From the IMG/VR virus record IMGVR_UViG_3300044630_000957, positions 1 through 59,993 of that record: 59,993 nucleotides of DNA. The stretch is one strand, 5' to 3'. How positions within the stretch are numbered: the stretch's first letter is position 1; every line of letters starts with the position of its first letter. A model generated the notes under the pieces. It saw nothing but the letters and a program-made list of their open reading frames with translations. It ran no database searches and had not been told where the DNA came from. This stretch comes from a virus. Its lineage: Duplodnaviria; Caudoviricetes. The position numbers and the translations under genes are program-made. This document shows positions 9,310 to 17,700 of this stretch, in pieces.

Positions 9310-9924
9310 TTATAACCAAGCAGCGTATTTCTTGGTCTTGGCTTTGCGGTCGTCGAGGCCGTGTGTGCCCCCGTTGATCCGCTTGGTGAGTTGCAGAATG
9401 GCAGCGTCGTTGATGCCCTGATCGCAGATCGACCACAGCTTGTTTGCGTCAAAGAACCACAACGCGCTTTCGAAGCCGAGTTCGTTAGCGACGATGTCTG
9501 GGTTGTCTAACACCTCCTGTTCGCGCCCGATGTACTTGCCGAATGCGCGGTAGTTGTTCTTCCCGGTGAGTTGGAGCGGACCCCTGCCCCGGTATTTCCA
9601 GCCCTCGCCTGACGCTTCATCGCCGTTGCCCATACGGTTGGCGTAGACGCGATTGGCAATCTTTTGCGGCTGGCGTTCATAAGCACGGGCCATAGCATCC
9701 GTGGGAAAATACTTCCCAAAGATGCCGCGCAAACCCTTTGCGCCATAGTTCAGGTTCTCACTGAACGCTTTGAAATTGCCGCTTTCATGCGCCGTCTGAG
9801 CGAAGAAATGTGCGGCGCGGTTTTTGTTCAGCTTGAAGTGCGCGCAGGCGGCCTTCAGCGTCCCCGGACCAAACGCGCCATCTGGATGGCATCCACATTT
9901 ATCTTGTAGGTTTATAAGGCTCAT
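9310..9924 (-). CDS. Endolysin, glycoside hydrolase family 19
   Basis: AHFFAQTAHESG, ENLNY, YRGRGPLQLTGKNNY and TKRINGG motifs; short N-terminal DGAFGPGT peptidoglycan-binding-like segment. Confidence 0.93.
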   Translation of the reverse strand: MSLINLQDKCGCHPDGAFGPGTLKAACAHFKLNKNRAAHFFAQTAHESGNFKAFSENLNYGAKGLRGIFGKYFPTDAMARAYERQPQKIANRVYANRMGNGDEASGEGWKYRGRGPLQLTGKNNYRAFGKYIGREQEVLDNPDIVANELGFESALWFFDANKLWSICDQGINDAAILQLTKRINGGTHGLDDRKAKTKKYAAWL

Positions 9925-10436
9925 TTCCCTGCACTCCGCCAATCTGGAAAGTCATTCTCGTCCACCACGCCGTCACCGTTCGCATCATAGCGCATATCGT
10001 TGCGATACTTCTCCCAAGGCTCCATGTCATCGTCATCGTCATCATCGTCGTCTTCAGGCTCGTCGATAAAGACTGTGGCCTGCGGATTGTCGTATGTTTT
10101 TGGTGCTTCAGGCTGCATCTCTGGTGTCAGGTCGAGCGGCGCGGGTGGTGCTGGCGCAGGCTCTTCTGGCTCAGGGTCGTTGCGATCTTCCGGTGGTGGT
10201 GGAACCAACTCGCCCTTCATACCCATCAACGTAGCATAGGAGCCAGCCACAGCGCCAACAACCGAGGTCATGACGTATGACAGCAAGCCGAACACATCCT
10301 TGTTGTCGATGACTTCATTCGACACGAACAGGCCCGCAATCATGGCAACGGTAATAGTGCAGATGACAAACGCCATCGTGCGGGCAGCCATGAGGAGCGC
10401 CTTGATGCGCGCATCCATTAATTTATCTTCCATCAT
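9921..10436 (-). CDS. Holin-like two-TM protein with acidic, Pro-rich tail and an EF-hand-like loop
   Basis: Two hydrophobic helices, a poly-Asp run and DANGDGVVDENDF; directly upstream of the endolysin. Confidence 0.55.
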   Translation of the reverse strand: MMEDKLMDARIKALLMAARTMAFVICTITVAMIAGLFVSNEVIDNKDVFGLLSYVMTSVVGAVAGSYATLMGMKGELVPPPPEDRNDPEPEEPAPAPPAPLDLTPEMQPEAPKTYDNPQATVFIDEPEDDDDDDDDDMEPWEKYRNDMRYDANGDGVVDENDFPDWRSAGK

Positions 10437-10957
10437 CAGTCCTTTCCGGCCAGCGGGTTCGCCAGCGTCTTTTGAATACGTTCGGCAGTCTCAGCCTCAA
10501 GTTCCTTGATGCGACGCTGCTGCTCCTGATCCTGCTGACGCAGTTGCTCTATGACGGCGCGCTGCATCGCCATGTTCTGCGCATCGCTGTTTCTAACGCT
10601 GCTCGACACCGCGTCAACCGTTTGGCGCGTCCCGCTTACGCTGCTGGAAATGCTGCCCGTCATATAATTAAGGGCTTCGCTGTTAATCTTGGTCAGACGC
10701 TCGACGCTCGTGACGCGCTCATCCAGCACCGAAATGCGTCCTTCAATGCCAGACAGGTCAGGCGGCACATAAGCCGCTGTGACTTCCTTCATGGTCAAGA
10801 ACTGCTGATACACTTGGAAGCCAGCCCAGAGGCCGCCGACAATGGTCGATATAGCCGCGAAGATAATGGCAATCTTGCCACTGCTCAGGCCACCAATCTT
10901 AAAACTGAAGCCGCTCTCATCAAAGGCGACCTTGGGTTCCTCATCTGTACTGCTCAT
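10436..10957 (-). CDS. Single-TM coiled-coil membrane protein
   Basis: TM segment IAIIFAAISTIVGGLWAGF followed by heptad-rich helices. Confidence 0.75.
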   Translation of the reverse strand: MSSTDEEPKVAFDESGFSFKIGGLSSGKIAIIFAAISTIVGGLWAGFQVYQQFLTMKEVTAAYVPPDLSGIEGRISVLDERVTSVERLTKINSEALNYMTGSISSSVSGTRQTVDAVSSSVRNSDAQNMAMQRAVIEQLRQQDQEQQRRIKELEAETAERIQKTLANPLAGKD

Positions 10958-12590
10958 CTACCATCTCCTGCCAGCGGGCATCATTCGTCTGCATCAGTCG
11001 ATACAATTCAAAGTTTGCGTCTTGCAGCCTACGTCGGCTGTATATATCACGAATTGCGTAAAAGTCAGCCCTATCTTGCAGGGATGTCTGAGTGTACGCA
11101 GCGAAGCCCGGCACGGCCCCCATTTCATTGATGGTTTCCGATTGGCCTTCTGACATCTCGTTTTCTGATTTTTCAGATGAGGCGGTTGCCGCAGCGGGCG
11201 CGGCGTTGCTTTGACCGCCGACGCTGTTCAGAATTTCAAAGGTATTAGCCATCGAAACAGGGCTGCCCACTGATATGGCGGCGTCGAGCGGTGACGAACC
11301 AAGGCCGACACCGCTGCCGCCTGCAACGGAAGCACTCGACCCAAAATCAACGCGCATTTGGAAGCCAGCAAAGCCCTGCACCGATTGTGCGTTGCCTTCA
11401 AAGGCCGACGCTTGGCTGGCCTGTTCGGCCTCCTCGAAGAAGGCCGATTGCTGCGCGCTCTCCTCAAGCGCCGTAGCATTTGCTTCTTGCTCCGCGCCCG
11501 ATGCGTCTTGGCTTTCCAAAGCGTTCTCTGCGCCTTCCAGCGACGCCAAGGTTTCACTGGCTAAAGTTTCTTTATCATCTTCGGGGCCCTGCGCCGCCAA
11601 TGCAGCCAATTCTTCAGGGGACAGGCGCTCGTCATCAATATCTTCTAAATCCTGTTCCGACACCAGTTCTTCGATGGTGTCGTCTTCGACCGCCTCTTCA
11701 ACGGCAGCCTCCTCAGCGGCAGTTTCGGCGTCAGCTTCGAGCGATGCTTCGGCAGTTTCCAGCGCCTGTTGCGCTTCTTCAATCTCCTGCTCGGCCACAT
11801 CTTCCATCTGCACTTCTTCCTGCGGCGTCTGCTCGACTGAAGCAACGGCAGTGTCCGATGTGCTTTCCGTAGGATCAGGTGCGCCGACATCGATGGCTAC
11901 GGATGCCGGTGGGCAAGTGGGGTCCATGGGCGTTGCGTTGCAGTCAACAGGCACAACCTCTGGCTCGGGCGCAATCCACGACAAGAGGCCCGACTGGTTC
12001 TGAAGGAACTGCGCGTTGCGCCCGTAGAAGAGCGGGATGTTATCGTCGGCAGTTGGGCCGGTGAGGCCCGCAGTAAAGTCGCGCCGACCGGAGAAACCCA
12101 GATTGCCAAAATTCAGTTGTATGTCGCCGTCGGCAAAGAGGCCAATCTCGAAGGTGCTGCTGTTGTTCGTGCCATATTCGTTCACGCCATACCAGCCGAA
12201 TAGGATCGAGCCGTCGTCGCGGCGATAATATGGGTTGCCAGTGTAGCTGATTAGGTCTGACCAGTAGGCGTAGATTGTGTTGCGCTGCGCCATTTCGATA
12301 GGCTGACCATTGCAGCACAGATGCGCGCCGCTCTGGAACGACACAAAGCCATTGCTCGAAACCCACGCGTCGGTGAACGTCTGGCCCCAATACTCAAATT
12401 CAAAGCCAAGGCTGACGTTCCGCGTGCCATCGTCACCCAGATTGAGGGGCGTCATTGTGGTAGGCGCGCCGTTGATTTGCGGGGGGATTAAGGCAGGCTC
12501 ATAGGTCTGCGCAGCCGCAGATGTACTGACCAGCAATGCAGCCAGTAAAGAGATTAGACGCTTAGTCTGCGTCGGGGCGGCGGTCGGCAT
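10941..12590 (-). CDS. Exported protein with signal peptide, NIDO-like beta domain and long acidic stalk
   Basis: KRLISLLAALLVSTSAAA|Q signal; LGDDG...LGFEFEYWGQTFTDAWVSSNGFVSF resembles NIDO-like domains; E/A-rich linker. Confidence 0.65.
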   Translation of the reverse strand: MPTAAPTQTKRLISLLAALLVSTSAAAQTYEPALIPPQINGAPTTMTPLNLGDDGTRNVSLGFEFEYWGQTFTDAWVSSNGFVSFQSGAHLCCNGQPIEMAQRNTIYAYWSDLISYTGNPYYRRDDGSILFGWYGVNEYGTNNSSTFEIGLFADGDIQLNFGNLGFSGRRDFTAGLTGPTADDNIPLFYGRNAQFLQNQSGLLSWIAPEPEVVPVDCNATPMDPTCPPASVAIDVGAPDPTESTSDTAVASVEQTPQEEVQMEDVAEQEIEEAQQALETAEASLEADAETAAEEAAVEEAVEDDTIEELVSEQDLEDIDDERLSPEELAALAAQGPEDDKETLASETLASLEGAENALESQDASGAEQEANATALEESAQQSAFFEEAEQASQASAFEGNAQSVQGFAGFQMRVDFGSSASVAGGSGVGLGSSPLDAAISVGSPVSMANTFEILNSVGGQSNAAPAAATASSEKSENEMSEGQSETINEMGAVPGFAAYTQTSLQDRADFYAIRDIYSRRRLQDANFELYRLMQTNDARWQEMVDEQYR

Positions 12591-13566
12591 TTTCTTCCCA
12601 TGCCGCTGTCGCAGCCTCACCGATTGCGCCCATGAACGGGCAGGGCGTACCAGCCATCTCCATCGCCCTGAAGACACGGGTGTCTTGGCACAGGAGGCTC
12701 ACGGCAGCGACGCGCATGCCCATGTCGTACAGGGTCTTCGAGAGCTTCATCCGCTCACAGTTTTGGTCGCGCACAGTGCGGCCAGCCGACAGGCCGATGA
12801 TTTGCGTCTGCACTGCACCAGACTGCCCAGTGGTGCAAAGATCTTGGCTGTAGGACATCATGCTTGGCGCGATGGCGCTGGGCGGAGGCGACTTGATGTT
12901 CTGATCGATAACCTGCCGAGAGACGTTCTCGCTATAGCTTTTGCTGTCGGAGACGTTGACGTTGTTGTTCTGGTTGACGTTGTTCGTCGTGCTGTTGATT
13001 GTCGAGTTCGACGTGTCGTTGTTGATGTTCCGGTTGGTGTTATCGGACCTGCTATTCACGCTCTGGTTGATCGTGCTGTTGCTCGTGTCGGTATTGATGT
13101 TCCGGTTGACGTTATCCGACGTGCTGGTGTTCTGGTTGATGTTCGTCATCGTGCCAGAATTGACGTTGGTGTTCTGGTTGATGTTCGTCATCGTGCCAGT
13201 ATTTTGGTTGATGTTCGTGTTCGTCGAAACATTGTTGTTCGTGTTGACCGACGTGCTCACGTTATTGTTGTTGTTCGTGTTGACCGACGTGCTCGTGCTG
13301 GCGTTCACGTTGTTGTTCGTGTTGACCGACGTGCTGGCAGACGTGCTGTTGTTGTTATTCGTGTTCGTCGACGTGCTGGTGGAATTGTTGTTATTGTTGT
13401 TCGTGTTTGTGCTGGTCGTCGTATTGGTGTTGTCCGACGTGCTGGTCGTGGTCGTGTTATAGATATATTCCGTAGGCGCTACGGATGCAGGCGGAGGGGT
13501 TGCCTGCGCAAACACGAGAGAAGCCGCGCTGGTGGCGGCCACAAAACCAAACAGAAACCGTTTCAT
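12562..13566 (-). CDS. Exported protein with signal peptide, Asn/Thr-rich repeats and a C-terminal domain with four Cys
   Basis: MKRFLFGFVAATSAASLVFA|Q; NTNNNN-STS repeats; PPPSAIAPS...DLC...NCERMKLSK...LLCQD...GTPCP. Confidence 0.8.
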   Translation of the reverse strand: MKRFLFGFVAATSAASLVFAQATPPPASVAPTEYIYNTTTTSTSDNTNTTTSTNTNNNNNNSTSTSTNTNNNNSTSASTSVNTNNNVNASTSTSVNTNNNNNVSTSVNTNNNVSTNTNINQNTGTMTNINQNTNVNSGTMTNINQNTSTSDNVNRNINTDTSNSTINQSVNSRSDNTNRNINNDTSNSTINSTTNNVNQNNNVNVSDSKSYSENVSRQVIDQNIKSPPPSAIAPSMMSYSQDLCTTGQSGAVQTQIIGLSAGRTVRDQNCERMKLSKTLYDMGMRVAAVSLLCQDTRVFRAMEMAGTPCPFMGAIGEAATAAWEENADRRPDAD

Positions 13567-13778
13567 CACCGATCCGCCTTGTTATCCAATTTATCTTCGA
13601 TCCGGCGAAGGTGCGTCATCACCTCGTCGAACTTCTTGTCAATGGCGTTGAACCTCTCTTCACCAAAGCCAAGGCGCGCCTCCATGAGGGTAAGCCTGTT
13701 GTTGAGGTTGACCCAGACCGTTATGAGGCCGCCGATGAAGGCCAGCACGGTGACGATGGTGTTGATGTCAAAGTCCAT
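13566..13778 (-). CDS. Small TM plus coiled-coil protein (holin / XhlA-like candidate)
   Basis: 70 aa; N-terminal TM helix and a C-terminal coiled coil (LRRIEDKLDNK). Confidence 0.65.
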   Translation of the reverse strand: MDFDINTIVTVLAFIGGLITVWVNLNNRLTLMEARLGFGEERFNAIDKKFDEVMTHLRRIEDKLDNKADR

Positions 13779-14140
13779 TATTTCAGGTTCCGCAGCTTAT
13801 ATACGGCGGTCAGATACACTTCCGTGACGCCGTCGACGAGGTTGGCCACTGCGCGGTTGCCCTTGCAGACGGCCTCGTGGTTCTCCTCGATCCAGTCCGC
13901 ATCAGCCTCTAGGAGCTTCAGCACGTCACGCTCAGTCACCTTCGGGGCCGGTATGTTCCCGATGAGGCTGAACGCGCCTTGGTAGGCTTCTACGAGCTTG
14001 TCGATCGCGTCGATCACGTCGTCGTAGAAGCCGCCCAAAGCCATGTGCTTTGCGAAACTGCCATCACCCTTGGCGCGCCAGTGCTCAAAGTGCGCCACGT
14101 TGCGTGCGTAGAACACGCGGCTGATGAGTTCCTCGATCAT
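13778..14140 (-). CDS. Ferritin/Dps-like four-helix protein (DUF5856-like)
   Basis: AHFEHW...AKHMALGGFYD...IDKLVEAYQG...YKL pattern. Confidence 0.65.
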   Translation of the reverse strand: MIEELISRVFYARNVAHFEHWRAKGDGSFAKHMALGGFYDDVIDAIDKLVEAYQGAFSLIGNIPAPKVTERDVLKLLEADADWIEENHEAVCKGNRAVANLVDGVTEVYLTAVYKLRNLK

Positions 14141-14141
14141 G

Positions 14142-14345
14142 TTACGCGCCGTTTGGCGCAAGCTGGGTGTTTGCCTGCTCCATGATTTTGCGCAGCATCG
14201 GGTCGGCTATCTTATGTGGCAGCTCCTGCAATGCGGCGAGGATAAGGTTTATGTCGTTGACGGCCAGTTCCAACTTTACAACTGGCTCCTGCGGTGCAGC
14301 TTGAACCTGATTGTCTACGTCGAGGTGGTCTAGTTCTTTATTCAT
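14142..14345 (-). CDS. Small protein downstream of tail fibre 2
   Basis: AGGAGA RBS, 67 aa, tight spacing. Confidence 0.75.
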   Translation of the reverse strand: MNKELDHLDVDNQVQAAPQEPVVKLELAVNDINLILAALQELPHKIADPMLRKIMEQANTQLAPNGA

Positions 14346-14362
14346 AGTCTGTCTCCTTTGAT

Positions 14363-14734
14363 TTAACTAGCTGGTGGTGTTGGTGTCGGGGTTGGTTCTT
14401 CCCACGGGAAATCGCCATTAGGGACGTCCACTACTGGGTCTTTGATTAGCGCAATCTGCTTGTTGATTTGCTCGTCAACGTGATCCTTGTAAGAACCGAC
14501 AACAACGGCTTCTATCCAACCAAGGACATCGGCTTCTGTCAAGTCTTCATAGGGAATGAACGTAGCCGGATCGAGGCTGTCCAACGGGAATGGCGTTGCG
14601 CCATTAAAGGTACCGCTGTCGCCGTCTTCGTCCGTGCCAGTGCAGGTCCATGTGGATTGAACGACAAAGTTATCTACGCTGCCGTCTGTGGTTTTCTTCA
14701 GGGACGTTACCGCCCATGTGTACGTAAGTGCCAT
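14363..14734 (-). CDS. Tail-fibre-associated / assembly protein
   Basis: TYTWAV...W.C.GTD...FIPYEDLTEADVLGW pattern; immediately follows the fibre gene. Confidence 0.6.
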   Translation of the reverse strand: MALTYTWAVTSLKKTTDGSVDNFVVQSTWTCTGTDEDGDSGTFNGATPFPLDSLDPATFIPYEDLTEADVLGWIEAVVVGSYKDHVDEQINKQIALIKDPVVDVPNGDFPWEEPTPTPTPPAS

Positions 14735-14735
14735 A

Positions 14736-17700
14736 TTACTGTTCCTTTGCTTCTAGGGCTTTTACCTTATTTGTGAGTTCTTTTACAGCCTCAATCAGCA
14801 GGCCGATAGTGGCGTTGTAATCCACTGCCTTGATGTCGCCGTGATCGCGCACAGCTTCCGGCAGAACCGTTTCGATTTCCTGCGCGATGACGCCAGCGTA
14901 CCGCTGCTCTTTATCATCAAGGTCTGTGCGGGTGTATGTAACGCCCCGTATCTGGTCTAGCTTGTCCAGTGCGTTTGGAATTGTCTCGACGTTGGCTTTG
15001 ATGCGTATGTCTGAGAACGCAGTGACGTTGCCGGTGGCTGTTATAGCGCCGTATACATAAAGACCACGCGACCCAGCCTGACCGATTTCGACGTTTGTCC
15101 CTGCCGTGGCTTTAATCATCGGCGCACCGACTGTAAGGTCCCAAACCTGCCAAACACCCGCACTGGCAACATCAAAGGAACATTCGGCACTGGCGGCAAC
15201 GAGGATGTTAACTCCAGTGTTCCACGTTATGTCACCACGCCAAGTCTGAACGCCCAAGCTAACGGTTTGAAGGACCGAAGTGCCATTTGGGTCTACATAG
15301 AAGCCGCTATCATTGTTGTCGTACATGATTGGCGCGTAGAAATTGACATTCGACCGAGTAAAAGCACTTCCGTTCCCGATATCAAACAGAACCGCACTGT
15401 TTTCGATGTTAATGAACTGGAAACCGCCATAGGCAGGACTTGCCCGGAAACGCTGTCCTGTATAGAAACGGATTTCTAGCGGCTGCGTCCACGCCCCAGC
15501 GGGCTTGCCTATACGGTAATTAGTGTCGCCGTCAGAGTGGAAGTTGATCCATAACGAGCCACTTGTGGTGACGTTTTGACCCCCAAGGTAAATGGACGAT
15601 GCTGATGTATCGGTAGATTGTGCAATAAAGTTAGCACGGTTAAGGTTGCTGAAACCGTTAGGGTCAAGGTAATAGCCAGTGTCGTTGCTGTCGTAGAAGA
15701 TTGGTGCACGGACGTCAGCAGTGACAGAAAGAGTGCCGCCCATCGACATTGTCATACCGATTGCCGACGCTACGCCAGCATAACCGGGTGTAGCCGATCC
15801 CCACCAAAAACGATTGGAGGTATCAATACCGAAGCCCGCGCCAAGTTGACCGGCGCGGGTTAGGCCGTAGTAGGAATAGTTGTTACCATCAGTTGCGCGT
15901 GTAACCGCTATCTTACCGTAAGGATCATTTGTTTGCCCACTATCGTAAACGCCAAGATTTTGGGCAAGAAGTGTAATTAAACTCGACGTGCTGGCCGCGT
16001 CGATGAAAAATCCGGTGTTGTTGCTATCGTAGAAGATAGGTGCGCGCATAGAAACGTCGCTCTGAGTAAACCCTGCGGACCCGAAAAAGTAAGCACCGCC
16101 GTCCCAGAATAGGTACTTAGAACCTCCATCGGCAAAGTAGTAGACGCCTGTAGTTCCACTACTACGGCGTGAATAAACATCGCCGTTACCTTGAATTACG
16201 GTGCCACCATCAAACAGTACCTGACCGCCCAACCGCGAGCCAGCGGCGGGATCGAGATAATACGCAGTGTTGTTGCTGTCGTAAAAGATCGGTGCGCGGA
16301 AGTCACCACTGGCAGCGAACGTAGCGCCGCTTGGGGCGTCGGCCCAACCAGCGTAAATCTTCGACCATGCGCTCCAAGCACCGGCTTCACGGAAACGAAC
16401 AGATGGATACGGAAGTCCGCCTACTGCGGTACGAGGCCAATAAAACTGACTGGCGTAGTCAGAATAGGGGTAGTTTGACCCCAGACCAAGGCTAAACCCG
16501 TAATACTGGGTAGCACCAGAAATGCCGGGGCCATTCGTGTTACCTTGTACATACCTTACGCCGAAATTGGTAATTGCATTGAAATCAGTTTGCTGACCAT
16601 GCACTTGGTTCATGTTATTGAACGTGGCGATTGCGCCAAGGACGTTTCCACTTGCCACATTTAGGTCATTAAGGACCGATGTGCTGGCCGCGTCGATGTA
16701 GTACGCGGTGTTATTGCTGTCGTAGAAGATCGGAGCGCGGGAGGAGCCAAAAGCAGTGACGAAGTTACCCGTGTTGATGCCGAGAGCAATAGTCCCAGTG
16801 CCGGTTACGTCTGACGAAGACCCGTTAACCCAGAAGTACATACCAGCATCGGCGGAAGTGTAATCAACGCCGATACCTGAATATTTAGCGTTTGCGGAGT
16901 TGAACACCAGTACGGGGAAAGTGGCCGCGAGCATCATGTTGCGGTTCCAGCCAGCCGTCATGGCTGTGCCGCCACTATTTACCAGTGTGCCGTTGAGGTT
17001 GGAGCCAGATGCGGGGTCGAGGTAATAACCCGTGTTGTCGCTGTCGTAGTATATCGGGGCGCGCATGTCCCCGTTATTGATTTGGAGGCCGGTGCTGTTC
17101 CACGAGGCGACAGTAGTCCGAAGAGCGGGGTTGATGGTGTCAGACGTTCCGTATTGCAGAATGCCACCGTTGTAACCTGCAATGGCAAGTTGGTCGCTGG
17201 GGTTTGCACCATAATTACCAAATACGACGTAACCGCCCATGTTGTTATCTTGGAAAGCGATACCGGAATAAGTGGCATTATCCGCTGAATGACGGAACAG
17301 AAGGTAGTTGTTGCCGGAGCTATCAAGAATGCCAGTTACACCGGAAGGGAGCGCGCCGATCCCTGTCGGCGTTGACGCAACTACATGTGACTTTGCCAGT
17401 GGTGTAACCGTGCCGATACCGACATTTCCGCTGGGGTATTTGATGGTCAGGCGCGGCGTTGTTCCTGCCTCGATAATTTGGAAATCATCGCCAGTTGTCT
17501 GCAAGTCGTATGAATAGTTAGTCGCAGAGCCGATACGCACATAGCGGTTCGCTCCGTTGTTCAGTGTTAGATTGCCTGACGTGATAAGATTGCCAGCGGT
17601 GTTTAATGAGGTCGAACCAGTAGGATCAAGATAATAGCTCGTGTTCGCACTGTCATAGAAGATTGGCGCACGGACATCGCCATTCGCAGTGAACGAACCA

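Noticed and set aside
12941-13462. Extremely hydrophobic 173-aa plus-strand ORF that looks like a membrane protein
   Set aside because: It is the reverse complement of the Asn/Thr repeat codons of 12562-13566.
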